Positions 31,569 to 42,096 of a stretch of 64,000 nt of DNA are shown here, piece by piece. The first letter of the stretch is position 1, and every line of letters begins with the position of its first letter. A program made the translations under genes and the position numbers. The DNA is taken from contig JAEWHE010000014.1 in NCBI GenBank assembly GCA_023387965.1, positions 157,875-221,874 on the forward strand, given 5' to 3'. A model generated the notes under the pieces. That model was not told the origin of the DNA and ran no database searches. It saw only the letters and a list, made by a program, of their open reading frames with translations. The stretch is from Bacteroidota bacterium (GTDB taxonomy: Bacteria; Bacteroidota; Bacteroidia; Flavobacteriales; Flavobacteriaceae).

Positions 31569-33317
31569 TTAAAGCATTTCTTTCTCGGAAAGTTGTTTTA
31601 AATAGAGTTCTTTGTAATAACCTTCTTCGTTTATCAACTGATTGTGAGTTCCTTGTTGGATGATTTCGCCGTCTTCTAAAATAATAATTTTGTCGGCGTT
31701 TTTGGCAGATGAAACTCTGTGGCTTACCAAAATGGTGGTTTTGTTTTTACAAATTTCCATCAAATTGCCCAAAATCTCTTCTTCAGTTTCAGTATCAACA
31801 GCCGATAAACAATCGTCTAACAATAGAATTTTTGAATCTTTAATAATTGCTCTCGCGATGGAAACCCTTTGTTTTTGTCCACCCGAAAGTGTGATGCCTC
31901 GTTCGCCAATCACGGTTTCGTAACCTTCGCTAAAGCCCATAATATTTTTGTGAACCACCGCTTGTTTTGCGGCTGAAATCACCTCTTCTTTTGTAGCGTC
32001 TTCTTTACCAAAACGAATGTTGTTGATAATCGAATCAGAAAATAAAAACGCATCTTGCGGAACAAATGCGATGCTGTTTCTCACATCGTGCAAATTCAAA
32101 TCTTTTACATTTTGGTTGTCGATGGTGATTTCGCCGGTATTAGCATCATACATTCTACTTACTAAACTCAAAATGGTAGATTTTCCTGAACCTGTTTTTC
32201 CTAAAATAGCAAGCGTTTCACCGTTATTCACGTGGAAACTGACATTTTTTAAAGCATTGATATTCGTGTCTTCGTAAGTAAAACTTACATGATTGAAATT
32301 AATTTTTCCGTCAATCCCTGAAGTTTTTTCCGAAACGTTTTTTATTTCGGGTTCAATTTTAAGGAACTCGTTAATTCTGGTTTGCGATGCTTCCGCTTCC
32401 TGAATCATTGAAGAAACCCAACCTAACGACGCCACTGGCCAAGTCAACATATTAACGTACAAAATAAATTCGGCAATGACACCAATGTTTTCGATTGAAC
32501 CGTTAATGTACATCGTTCCGCCAACATAAATGACTACCAAGTTGCTCAAGCCAATCAAAAGAATCATCAACGGACCAAATAAAGCACTTGTTTTGGCTAA
32601 TTTCATGCTTTTCGCACGGCTGTCTTCGGATAAATCCGAAAATTCTTTGGTTGATTTGTCTTGCAAGCTATACGCTTTTACGACTCTAATTCCGGAGAAA
32701 AATTCTTGGCTGTAGCTGGAAAGCAAGGATAAATTTTGTTGAAAGACCGTACTTCGCACATTAATTTCGGTACTAATTTTAAAAATCAAATACGATAATA
32801 TTGGTAACGGTAAAACGGTGTACAAAGTTAATTTTGGCGAAATTATAAACATGTGAATCATTACCACTCCAAAACGAACTGCAGTATTGATAGTGTACAT
32901 TACCGCAGGACCAACGTATTGACGAACGCGCGAAACATCTTCACTAATGCGGTTCATCAAGTCACCGGTTCGGTTTTGCTTGTAAAAATTTTGAGATAAA
33001 TTTTCAAACTGCCTGAATATTTCATTTTTTAAATCAAATTCTACATAACGTGACATCACAATTAAAGTTTGTCTCATCACAAATGTCAAAACTCCAGCAA
33101 TTGCGGTAGTTGCAAACACCAATAATATGTTATCAATTAAGATTGATTTCGTTTCGTCTTCACTGAATTGGTTGCTTTTCAAAGCGTTAATTGATTCTCC
33201 GATTAAACGTGGCGTGTAAAGCGAGAAGATTTGAGCTGCAATTGTAGCGAGAATTCCTAATAAAAAGTGGTATTTGTATTTTTTGAAATATTTGTTTAAA
33301 TATTGAAGTTCTTTCAT
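31569..33317 (-). CDS. ABC exporter (fused permease/ATPase, MdlA-like)
   Basis: TM domain; GKTGSGKS, LSGGQKQR, LLLDD; likely start MKELQ. Confidence 0.92.
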   Translation of the reverse strand: MKELQYLNKYFKKYKYHFLLGILATIAAQIFSLYTPRLIGESINALKSNQFSEDETKSILIDNILLVFATTAIAGVLTFVMRQTLIVMSRYVEFDLKNEIFRQFENLSQNFYKQNRTGDLMNRISEDVSRVRQYVGPAVMYTINTAVRFGVVMIHMFIISPKLTLYTVLPLPILSYLIFKISTEINVRSTVFQQNLSLLSSYSQEFFSGIRVVKAYSLQDKSTKEFSDLSEDSRAKSMKLAKTSALFGPLMILLIGLSNLVVIYVGGTMYINGSIENIGVIAEFILYVNMLTWPVASLGWVSSMIQEAEASQTRINEFLKIEPEIKNVSEKTSGIDGKINFNHVSFTYEDTNINALKNVSFHVNNGETLAILGKTGSGKSTILSLVSRMYDANTGEITIDNQNVKDLNLHDVRNSIAFVPQDAFLFSDSIINNIRFGKEDATKEEVISAAKQAVVHKNIMGFSEGYETVIGERGITLSGGQKQRVSIARAIIKDSKILLLDDCLSAVDTETEEEILGNLMEICKNKTTILVSHRVSSAKNADKIIILEDGEIIQQGTHNQLINEEGYYKELYLKQLSEKEML

Positions 33318-33517
33318 TATTTTAAGGTATTCTATGTATTTTTTGAATAATCGCAATTAAAAAACGAGTTAAAATAAAATTATCGTTTAATTAGTAAAAG
33401 CGATTTGTCATTATAATATTTTTAATAAAAGTTAATTTGATTGCAAAGTTTTGATTTAAATTCTAATTTTGCGCTATGTTTTTGATAAAACCATAATTAA
33501 CCACATAACTTAATAGC

Positions 33518-34618
33518 ATGATTACAGAGGTAGCAAAGGCAAGCGAATTGCACAAAATTGACCCCGTTTTTGGGCAAGTGTCTTTCGATAATCACGAACA
33601 AATCGTTTTTTGCAACGACAAAGATACTGGTTTAAAAGCAATAATCGGTATTCACAACACAGTTTTAGGACCAGCTTTAGGTGGAACCAGAATGTGGAAA
33701 TATACTAACGAATGGGAAGCATTAAACGATGTTTTGCGTCTTTCACGCGGGATGACTTTTAAGTCTGCTATTTCAGGTTTGAATCTTGGAGGTGGAAAAG
33801 CCGTAATCATTGGCGATGCTAAAGTAGATAAAACGCCCGAAATGATTAAAAAATTCGGGGAATACATCCATTCTTTGAGTGGAAAATATATCACTGCTGA
33901 AGACGTTGGAACTACAACTCCTGACATGGATTTAATTCGTACTGTAACGCCACACGTTACCGGAATTTCTGTAGAAAATGGTGGTTCTGGAAATCCTTCG
34001 CCTGTAACCGCTTACGGTGTTTACATGGGAATGAAAGCGGCCGCAAAATATAAATTTGGTTCAGAAAATTTAGCCGGAAAGAAAATCTTAGTTCAAGGTA
34101 CAGGAAATGTTGGTGAAACGCTTATCAAACATTTAACTGAAGAAGGTGCTTTGGTGCAAATGACAGATATTAACGAGGCTCGTTTATTAGAAATAAATGC
34201 AAAATATGGTGCGCAAATTTTCGCCGGAGATATTTACTCGGCTGATGTAGATATTTATGCGCCATGTGCACTTGGAGCTACGATTAACGACGAAACCGTA
34301 AATAAAATTCAGGCAAAAGTAATTGCTGGAGCGGCAAATAATCAATTAGCGGTTGAAGAAATTCACGGAAAGATTTTGAAGGAAAGAGGAATTGCTTATG
34401 CACCTGATTTCTTGATTAATGCTGGTGGAATCATCAATGTTTACGCGGAAATCGTAGGTTATGATAGCGCAGAAGCAATCCGCAGAACCGAAAATATTTT
34501 CAATACAACTTTGGAAATTTTTAATTTTGCAGATATTAACAACGTAACTACGCATCAAGCGGCACTTTCAATCGCGCAAAAACGCATTGACGACCGTAAA
34601 AAAGAATTGGTAAAATAA
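33518..34618 (+). CDS. Leu/Phe/Val dehydrogenase
   Basis: LGPALGGTR, GGGKAVI, AEDVGT, GAANNQL, PDFLINAGG. Confidence 0.92.
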   Translation: MITEVAKASELHKIDPVFGQVSFDNHEQIVFCNDKDTGLKAIIGIHNTVLGPALGGTRMWKYTNEWEALNDVLRLSRGMTFKSAISGLNLGGGKAVIIGDAKVDKTPEMIKKFGEYIHSLSGKYITAEDVGTTTPDMDLIRTVTPHVTGISVENGGSGNPSPVTAYGVYMGMKAAAKYKFGSENLAGKKILVQGTGNVGETLIKHLTEEGALVQMTDINEARLLEINAKYGAQIFAGDIYSADVDIYAPCALGATINDETVNKIQAKVIAGAANNQLAVEEIHGKILKERGIAYAPDFLINAGGIINVYAEIVGYDSAEAIRRTENIFNTTLEIFNFADINNVTTHQAALSIAQKRIDDRKKELVK

Positions 34619-34704
34619 TTTAAAGCCGTTCAAAATATATTATTATTTTTGCAAAGCGAAAGAAACCCCTCTTTCGCTTTGCTAATTTTTAAAAGTTCTT
34701 ACAA

Positions 34705-35646
34705 GTGTTAAATAGAAGACATATTCGTGTGAAAGTAATGCAATCGATTTATGCGATGCATCAAAACAACTCAGATAATCTGGAAAAGGAAGAAAAATTT
34801 CTACTTTACAGCATCGAAAATACCCAAGATTTATATCTTCTTATGGTGTCTTCTTTAATCGAAATTCAAAAAAGAGAAGAAGATTTCCTCGAAAAATCAA
34901 GTCGTAAACACTTGGCAACCGCCGAAGAACGCAATCCGAACAAAAAATTTATCAACAATCATATTTTTCAGCTTTTGTTAGAAAGCAATAATTTGAGCAT
35001 TGGACTCGAAACCAGGAAAATAAATGATTGGCACCTTCACGATGAATACATCCGTATTTTATTGGAAGAAATTAAAAAAAGCGATTTTTATGAAAAATAC
35101 ATGCAAAATCGTGAGAATAATTTCGAAGAAGACAAACAATTTGTAATTTCTATTTTTCACGAAATTATTGCTCCAAACGAAAAATTATACGAATTCTTAG
35201 AAGACAATAAACTTACTTGGGTTGACGATATTCCTTTGATAAACACTTTGATTTTGAAACAATTAAAATCGGTTGAAAAGAATGACTTAGATTTTTCGGT
35301 TCCAAAAGTTTATAAAGATGCTGAAGATAAAGATTTTGTCAAAAATTTATTCAGAAAAACGGTTTTAAACGAAAACGAATTTTCGAAAGAATTTGTAAAC
35401 AAAACGCCAAATTGGGATTCCGACAGGATTGCGGAAATCGATACCATCATTTTAAAAATGGCGATTTGCGAATTTTTGAAATTTCCTTCAATTCCCGTGA
35501 AGGTAACAATTAACGAATACCTCGAAATTGCCAAAGAATATTCCACGCCTAAAAGTAGTATCTTTATCAACGGAATTTTGGACAATCTTGTAAAAGAATT
35601 CAAAGAAAACAATAAATTAATCAAAACCGGAAGAGGTTTAATGTAA
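34705..35646 (+). CDS. nusB: Transcription antitermination factor NusB (long Bacteroidetes form)
   Basis: MLNRRHIRVKVMQ; VTINEYLEIAKEYS..FINGILD. Confidence 0.93.
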   Translation: MLNRRHIRVKVMQSIYAMHQNNSDNLEKEEKFLLYSIENTQDLYLLMVSSLIEIQKREEDFLEKSSRKHLATAEERNPNKKFINNHIFQLLLESNNLSIGLETRKINDWHLHDEYIRILLEEIKKSDFYEKYMQNRENNFEEDKQFVISIFHEIIAPNEKLYEFLEDNKLTWVDDIPLINTLILKQLKSVEKNDLDFSVPKVYKDAEDKDFVKNLFRKTVLNENEFSKEFVNKTPNWDSDRIAEIDTIILKMAICEFLKFPSIPVKVTINEYLEIAKEYSTPKSSIFINGILDNLVKEFKENNKLIKTGRGLM

Positions 35647-35664
35647 TTCCAAAAATTAATTATT

Positions 35665-36192
35665 ATGATGAAAAAAACGCTCTCGTTATTGGCTTTAGCT
35701 TCATTAGCCGTAACTTTTTCATGCAAAGACAGTGCTTCGTCAAAAATTCAGGCAGAAAATGTTGAAGCAACTCAATCAGCGGAAACTCCTGCAACTTCAG
35801 GCGAAACTGTAGATGCTACAACTCCCGTAAATAGTGCCGTTCCTATTATGACTTTCGAAGAAAAAGAATTTGACTTCGGAACGATTAAAGAAGGTGACAA
35901 AGTGGAGCATATTTTTAGTTTTACAAATACTGGAAAAGCTGATTTAGTAATTGCTGACGCAAAAGGAAGCTGCGGTTGTACGGTTCCACAATTTAAAAAA
36001 GAACCAATCAAGCCGGGAGAAACCAGCACAATGACAGTAACATTTGATTCTTCTGGGAAACCTGGAAAACAACAAAAATCAGTTACGATTACAGCAAATA
36101 CTGCAACTGGAAACGAATTATTAACGATTAAAGCCGATGTTACTCCTAAAGAAGGTGGAATTGGCGTATCATCATCTAAAAAAGGCGCTTAA
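35665..36192 (+). CDS. DUF1573 lipoprotein
   Basis: Lipobox TFSC; FDFGTI, SCGCTVP, IKPGE. Confidence 0.85.
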   Translation: MMKKTLSLLALASLAVTFSCKDSASSKIQAENVEATQSAETPATSGETVDATTPVNSAVPIMTFEEKEFDFGTIKEGDKVEHIFSFTNTGKADLVIADAKGSCGCTVPQFKKEPIKPGETSTMTVTFDSSGKPGKQQKSVTITANTATGNELLTIKADVTPKEGGIGVSSSKKGA

Positions 36193-36195
36193 ATA

Positions 36196-36471
36196 ATGGA
36201 ACAATATGGAAATATTTTGCTTTTTGGAGCAATGTTCGTGGTAATGTATTTTTTTATGATCAGACCACAACAAAAGCGAATGAAAGCAGAAAAAGAATTT
36301 GAAAGCAGCTTAAAAGTTGGTGATAAAATTATTACCAAAAGCGGACTGCACGGTCGTGTTGCAGAATTGGCAGAAAGAACTGTGGTGATCGAAACCATGT
36401 CTGGAAAACTAAAATTGGAACGTTCGGCAATATCTTTAGAATTAAGCAAGCAGCTTAACGATACAAAGTAA
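36196..36471 (+). CDS. yajC: Preprotein translocase subunit YajC
   Basis: YFFMIRPQQKR, LKVGDKIIT..GLHG. Confidence 0.95.
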   Translation: MEQYGNILLFGAMFVVMYFFMIRPQQKRMKAEKEFESSLKVGDKIITKSGLHGRVAELAERTVVIETMSGKLKLERSAISLELSKQLNDTK

Positions 36472-36480
36472 TAAATCACA

Positions 36481-36509
36481 AATCCCAACCTCAAAAGTTG
36501 GGATTTTTT
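36481..36509. terminator. Terminator
   Basis: AATCCCAAC-CTCAAAA-GTTGGGATTTTTT. Confidence 0.75.
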
Positions 36510-38335
36510 TATTGGTATCTAACGACTTCGGGTTTTCCAAATTCGTATCCCGGAATTCTAAAATCTGTTGTTCGGTAACTGTTGGTTTGGAAAGAAGAAC
36601 TGCCTTCTGGCGCCAAAACTGGATAATAAGAAAATGATAGTTGAAATTGGTTAAACACCAAAAAGTCATTGGCAATAATCAACCCAACGCTGATTTTAGA
36701 ATACGCTTTTCCCTTTAAAAGATTGTCGTTTTCGCCACTAATCATCGCAATTGTATAGCCTAAAAACGGATTAAACCTAAAACCGCCTAAACTCCAAGGC
36801 GAATAAGATTGGGTTTGCAACGCAAGCATGGCTTTTTTGGTTCCGCGAAGCGAAAAACTATTAATGCCGACAATTCCATTTTGTTCGTTAATGTTGATTC
36901 TATCTGCAAAAGTGTTGAATCTATTGGTTCCAATTACCAAACTCGGTTTGATGAATTGTCGCAAACGCCATTCGCCTAAATCTAAAAGATTCGTGAAATA
37001 ATTGGCTTCAATCGTTAAGGCAGATTGCTGGTTTACAGCGCCACGAAAAAACGTTCCATATTCTACATTGGTACTAAAATAGCCCCATTTAAAATATTGC
37101 CCAAAGGCAAATCTTCCGCCAATATACAGGCGGTTTACATCATTTTTTTGTTGGTAACCAGCCGTAATCGCATAAATTTTCCCGATAGGAATATCTTCGG
37201 TAATGCCATAATTAAAAATAAATTTATCCTGAATAAACTTACGCGAAGTCAATCCAAATCCGGCGAGGTAAAAATTTTCATTGGCAAAAAAACCTTCGTT
37301 GTCAAAATCAAAAAGCGGTTGTTCAGTATAATTTCTTCGCAAAAATCTAATCGAAGCGATAAAATTTGTCGTTCGATCTTCTTCCGAAGAACCTTTAAAA
37401 ACCTGCAAAGATTTTCCTGCCCAAACATCAAGGGTATTGACTTTAAAATTATGGTTGTTGATGGTTCCCTCAAAATCCGGAAGCGAATCTAATCGAAAAT
37501 CTTGAGCAGCATAAATTCCGGCTCCCCATTTGGCAAAAGGCGAGAAAAACGGCCGATTAACCGAAGCACTTTTAGAATAATTTCTATGTTCGTCAATTCT
37601 ATATGCCAACGAAGTTTCGATGTAAGTGTTGGAAATATTGGGAATGGTATATTCTGTGCTGTAAGCATTTCTACCGTTGTTGAAACGTTGCATATAACGA
37701 TTGTCCCATTCGTGTCCCAAACCGAGAAAATTTCTTTCGGTTAGTTCCAAAGTTGTCCTTGAAGTCGAACCCGAAGCATTTGGAATCAAGCTCCAGGAAT
37801 CTAACGCACGAATGTAAATATCTACAGAATCTGAGGAAGTTGGCGACATTTTCGGGCTGATATCAACCGAACGAATGTAGCGTTGAGATCTTACCAAACG
37901 TTCAGATTCCTTTACGATAAGCGAATCGAGCGGTGTATTTTTTTTAAAAAGCAATAAATTTCTGATGGTAAATTCCTTAGTTTTGAGGTGAATTCTGTTA
38001 CCAAATCGTTCTGCCCAATTTCTCGGTTGTCGCGTTGAATCTTTTTCAGAAAAACCAAACGGATCTAAAGTGGTGACGTAAACATTTCGGATAATTTTGC
38101 CTTCGTATGGAGCATAATTTTGCAGTTCAACCTTATCTTTTTGCTTGTTTCGTGGTTTCTTTGAATCAACCGGTTTAAAAATAAGCTTATGAATAAATTT
38201 GGTAAAACCTCTTTTCTTAGCGTACTTTTCAATTTTTCGATATCCTCTAACCGAATCTTTTTTTACAGGTTTTTCCTGTGCAAATGCAATTTGGCAAATG
38301 CAAAAAATAAAAACCAAAAAGAATTTTTTAGTCAT
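36509..38335 (-). CDS. Omp85/BamA-TamA-like outer membrane protein
   Basis: Signal peptide; POTRA-like ESERLVRSQRYI; ERNFLGLG barrel start. Confidence 0.7.
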   Translation of the reverse strand: MTKKFFLVFIFCICQIAFAQEKPVKKDSVRGYRKIEKYAKKRGFTKFIHKLIFKPVDSKKPRNKQKDKVELQNYAPYEGKIIRNVYVTTLDPFGFSEKDSTRQPRNWAERFGNRIHLKTKEFTIRNLLLFKKNTPLDSLIVKESERLVRSQRYIRSVDISPKMSPTSSDSVDIYIRALDSWSLIPNASGSTSRTTLELTERNFLGLGHEWDNRYMQRFNNGRNAYSTEYTIPNISNTYIETSLAYRIDEHRNYSKSASVNRPFFSPFAKWGAGIYAAQDFRLDSLPDFEGTINNHNFKVNTLDVWAGKSLQVFKGSSEEDRTTNFIASIRFLRRNYTEQPLFDFDNEGFFANENFYLAGFGLTSRKFIQDKFIFNYGITEDIPIGKIYAITAGYQQKNDVNRLYIGGRFAFGQYFKWGYFSTNVEYGTFFRGAVNQQSALTIEANYFTNLLDLGEWRLRQFIKPSLVIGTNRFNTFADRININEQNGIVGINSFSLRGTKKAMLALQTQSYSPWSLGGFRFNPFLGYTIAMISGENDNLLKGKAYSKISVGLIIANDFLVFNQFQLSFSYYPVLAPEGSSSFQTNSYRTTDFRIPGYEFGKPEVVRYQ

Positions 38336-38426
38336 TTAAAGTCAAATGAATCGGTTAAGGAAATGTTATTTTAGAGTGAATTTACGAATATAGCTCGCAA
38401 TGATAATGCCAAAGCATTGTTAAAAA

Positions 38427-38954
38427 TCAATCGTGAAATTCCCGCTCGTCGTGATTAGGTTTGATAACGCTCACGCCTTTTTGAAGCAAAAGGTTGTTGG
38501 GATAAGTAATAATTTCGCCATCTCGCGTTCGCAAAATGGTGTGGAAGGTTTTTATGTCGTCAATTTCGGCTTCCAGCGGAAAATCTTTATCGTGAATCCG
38601 AATAGTGTCGCCAATTTTAAACGGAAACGAAAAAAACAGAATAATTCCAGCCGTGATATTGCTCAAAATCGACCATTGTGCAAAAAATGCCACGCCAATT
38701 AAAGTGATAACTGTGGTGAAAGCAATGTATAAATCTTCGGTTTTTACGCCCCAAATGATTGTGATGGCGCCAATCGTCAAAATCGTAATGACAATATTAA
38801 TGTATTTGTTAATTAAAATGGCGCGATTTTCATTGACATCATTTCGTTTGGAAAATTTTTTAATTACCGTTGTAATCAAAGCACGAATCAGAATTACTGC
38901 TAAAATCAGTAAAACAGTAGTGATGATTTCCGGTAAAAATTCTTTGAACGACAT
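38427..38954 (-). CDS. Small-conductance mechanosensitive channel family protein
   Basis: Three TM segments; LSNITAG, PFKIGDTI, YPNNLL. Confidence 0.85.
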   Translation of the reverse strand: MSFKEFLPEIITTVLLILAVILIRALITTVIKKFSKRNDVNENRAILINKYINIVITILTIGAITIIWGVKTEDLYIAFTTVITLIGVAFFAQWSILSNITAGIILFFSFPFKIGDTIRIHDKDFPLEAEIDDIKTFHTILRTRDGEIITYPNNLLLQKGVSVIKPNHDEREFHD

Positions 38955-38957
38955 TTT

Positions 38958-39539
38958 TTATTTTTTAAAATTAGCCAAAAAATGATACACTTTTTCAACC
39001 GGCAAACCCACAACATTTGTGTACGAACCTTCAATTTTTGAAATTCCAATCAAGCCAATCCACTCCTGAATTCCGTAAGCTCCGGCTTTGTCAAACGGTT
39101 TGTAATTGTCTAAATAAAATTTTATTTCGTGGTCCAAAAGTTCAGTAAAAGTAACTTTTGTTCTTTCGTTAATCACTTCGCAAAAACCTTTTCCGGAGAA
39201 ACAAACCGACGTAAAAACTTCATGCGTAGCATTAGAAAACGATTTTAAAATGGCAAAAGCATCTTCGTAATTTTTAGGTTTTCCAACGGCTTTTCCGTCG
39301 TGCCAAACGATTGTATCACTGGTGATTAAGATTTCGTTTTCGGCTAAATCAGTAAATGCCTCGGCTTTTAATTTTGCCAAATAATCTGTGATTTCCACCG
39401 CTTTTAAGTTTTCAGGGAAAATTTCCTCAATTTCCTTTAATCGGATTTCGAAATCAATTCCCATTTCTTTCAAAAACTGTTGCCTTCTGGGTGACCCCGA
39501 AGCCAAGATGATTTTGGGATTTTTTAAATGATTAAGCAT
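38958..39539 (-). CDS. maf: Maf-family nucleotide pyrophosphatase
   Basis: ILASGSPRR, SDTIV, DKAGAYGIQ, NVVGLP. Confidence 0.92.
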   Translation of the reverse strand: MLNHLKNPKIILASGSPRRQQFLKEMGIDFEIRLKEIEEIFPENLKAVEITDYLAKLKAEAFTDLAENEILITSDTIVWHDGKAVGKPKNYEDAFAILKSFSNATHEVFTSVCFSGKGFCEVINERTKVTFTELLDHEIKFYLDNYKPFDKAGAYGIQEWIGLIGISKIEGSYTNVVGLPVEKVYHFLANFKK

Positions 39540-40455
39540 ACAAAATTTCAAAGTTAATGACTGCAATAGAAAGGATTCCGAAGAAAATAACCCATTTTAA
39601 AACCTGACTTAAATGTGCGAATTGTTTTGTGTTTTTTGCCGAAAATATTTTGATTGTAAAATAAATTAACGGTGCCAAAATAAAAATGAGTCCGTATAAA
39701 GTGGCGTAAATTCTATTGTTAGAAAATAAATTTTCGTTGATGTAATAAATAATCAGTGCCATTGCAACGAAGCTCATTCCAAAAACAATTTTTGCGGTTC
39801 TCGAAACGCCAAGGGCAATAGGTAACGTGTTCATTCCGAGGTTGTAATCGCCATTTACGTCCTCTAAATCTTTGACGATTTCTCGCATTAAATTAATGAT
39901 AAAGGCAAAAATCGCATAGTCGATTAAAATTCCCATCAAGATTTTAATTCCAACTTGCGTTTCCGCAAAAACCATTGGAATCAAATCAAAAATACCAATC
40001 AATAAAATACTTGCGGCTAAAATGAATGCGATGACCAAATTTCCGATTAACATCATCTGTTTCAATCCATTAGCGTAGATATACAACAATGCCGGAATAA
40101 TAAAAAACGCTGAAGCAAACGCCGGTTTTCCAATTGCATCAGCTAAATAATATCCAATTCCAAAACCGATGATATTTAAGGCAATGTAAATATTGTAGCC
40201 GGTTTGTTCGGAGATATTTTTGCCAATCACCACATTTTCGGGCTTGTTGATTTTGTCTGTTTCTATGTCAAAAATATTATTGATGAGGTAGCCTCCAGCA
40301 GCAATGCAAACTGTGGCGAAAACAAATAAAATATATTGCCAATCTTTCATCGCCAAAGGAACAGGTTGCGTTGCCAAAAAACCATAACGAAATATCAGTT
40401 GCATTAACGCAATCAGCAGTAAATTTTGGTAGCGAATTAATTTTAGAAAAGACAT
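39532..40455 (-). CDS. UbiA-family prenyltransferase (DGGGP-synthase-like subgroup)
   Basis: INNIFDIETDKINKP and REIVKDLEDVNGD Asp-rich motifs; multiple TMs. Confidence 0.85.
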   Translation of the reverse strand: MSFLKLIRYQNLLLIALMQLIFRYGFLATQPVPLAMKDWQYILFVFATVCIAAGGYLINNIFDIETDKINKPENVVIGKNISEQTGYNIYIALNIIGFGIGYYLADAIGKPAFASAFFIIPALLYIYANGLKQMMLIGNLVIAFILAASILLIGIFDLIPMVFAETQVGIKILMGILIDYAIFAFIINLMREIVKDLEDVNGDYNLGMNTLPIALGVSRTAKIVFGMSFVAMALIIYYINENLFSNNRIYATLYGLIFILAPLIYFTIKIFSAKNTKQFAHLSQVLKWVIFFGILSIAVINFEILYA

Positions 40456-40462
40456 TTTAAAT

Positions 40463-40663
40463 AATTATGAATTATGAGTTATGAATTATGAGTTATGAAT
40501 TATGAGTTGGAAATTTTAAATAGAATTTGAAATTTATCTCACTCTTGGAATTTCTCACCCTCTTGGAATTTGGACTCGAGCGATTAGCGAACAGGCGAAG
40601 CAATTTCTTCATTGGAATTTCCCTCACTATTGGAATTTGGAATTTTCTAATTGGAATTTCAAA
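40463..40663. repeat. Composite heptamer-repeat intergenic region with a 31-bp GC-rich insert
   Basis: (AATTATGAGTTATG)x3 at 40463-40508; multiple TTGGAAT(TT) units; GACTCGAGCGATTAGCGAACAGGCGAAGCAA at 40573-40603. Confidence 0.75.
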
Positions 40664-41191
40664 TTAATCGTGTCTCCCATTAAAATAAATATCCCATTTG
40701 CCTTGCACTCGCATGACTTGCTCAATCACATCCCGAACGGCTCCTTTTCCGCCATTTTTGTGAGAAATATATTTGCTAATTTCTTTAATTTCCGGACTTG
40801 CATCTTGCGGACAAGTAGGCAAACCTACTAATTTCATTACATGAAAATCTGGAATATCGTCTCCCATATACAACACTTGTTCTGGCGAAATATTGTAAAT
40901 GTCAATGTATTCTTTAAAATTTTCTACTTTGTCCGGACAAGCCAAATGAATATCGGTAATTCCTAAATTTCGTAGTCTGATTCTCACACCTTCGCTACTT
41001 CCGCCAGAAATTACACATACGTTGTAACCGCTTTCTACAGCAGCTTTCATGGCAAAACCATCGCGAATATTCATCATGCGAAGCATTTCTCCACTTTGGG
41101 TAACATGAACAGAACCATCGGTTAAAACCCCATCAACATCAAGGATAAACGTGGTAATTTGGTTCATGATTTCTTTATAACTTTTTGACAT
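40664..41191 (-). CDS. kdsC: KDO-8-phosphate phosphatase (HAD)
   Basis: LDVDGVLTDG, YMGDDIPD, GGKGAVRD. Confidence 0.88.
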   Translation of the reverse strand: MSKSYKEIMNQITTFILDVDGVLTDGSVHVTQSGEMLRMMNIRDGFAMKAAVESGYNVCVISGGSSEGVRIRLRNLGITDIHLACPDKVENFKEYIDIYNISPEQVLYMGDDIPDFHVMKLVGLPTCPQDASPEIKEISKYISHKNGGKGAVRDVIEQVMRVQGKWDIYFNGRHD

Positions 41192-41939
41192 TGGTATTTT
41201 GAATCGATTGAGTTAAGAGTTGATAAATTGATTTTTTATTTTCTTCCGAAAGCATTGCCAAATGCCGGTTTATCGTGGCGATATCATTTCGTTTTGCTGG
41301 TCCGGTTTGTGCTTCAAGCGGCGAAAGATTTTTTATTTTATTAGAAGTTTCAGAGATTAATGGCTTCAAGATTTCGAAAGGGACAAGGTTATCGTCACAG
41401 ATTTCTCTCCCAATTTGATACAAATGATTGGTGAAATTGTTTACAAAAACAGCTGCCAAATGTAAGGCTTTTCGTTGTTCGCCGTTAATTAAATAATGCG
41501 TAGCTTTTAAACTTTCGGTGAGTTTTTCCAGCAAAGGATAATCTTCGGCAAATTCACTTTCGAGACAAAACGGAATTTGGGAAAAATCTACATTTTTATT
41601 TTTGCTGAATGTTTGCAACGGATACCAAACGCCACGACGGTTTTTGGCATCAATTTCTGAGAATTCAACCGTTCCGGAAGTGTGAACGACTAATTTTTTT
41701 TCAAAAGGAATTTGGGCTGACACTTCAGCAATAGCAACATCTGAAACGGCAATGACATAAACATCGGCATCGGCAAGTTGGGAAAAATTGGAAATAATTT
41801 TATGTGATTCTATCCAATTTTCGACTGATGATTTTTGTCTTGCAAAAACCTGAAGCAAATCAACTGAAGGTGATTGCGAAAAAGCGTTCACCAAATGTTT
41901 TGCCACATTTCCAGAACCGATAACCACTGTTTTTATCAT
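41175..41939 (-). CDS. Rossmann-like / DUF2520 oxidoreductase
   Basis: IGSGNVA, HTSG, YPLQTF, LHLAAVF, QTGPAKR. Confidence 0.85.
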   Translation of the reverse strand: MIKTVVIGSGNVAKHLVNAFSQSPSVDLLQVFARQKSSVENWIESHKIISNFSQLADADVYVIAVSDVAIAEVSAQIPFEKKLVVHTSGTVEFSEIDAKNRRGVWYPLQTFSKNKNVDFSQIPFCLESEFAEDYPLLEKLTESLKATHYLINGEQRKALHLAAVFVNNFTNHLYQIGREICDDNLVPFEILKPLISETSNKIKNLSPLEAQTGPAKRNDIATINRHLAMLSEENKKSIYQLLTQSIQNTNVKKL

Positions 41940-42096
41940 GGTGCTAATTTAAAAATAAATGCCGAAAAAATGTGGCTCATAACGATTTCCGCTTTTGAAA
42001 TTTTTAGCGTTTGCGCACTTTACGTTTAACAAAATGTTGAGAGAGAAATTTTATTATTTTTTATAAATTTAATAAGATGTTGAAAAAGAATAAGTT

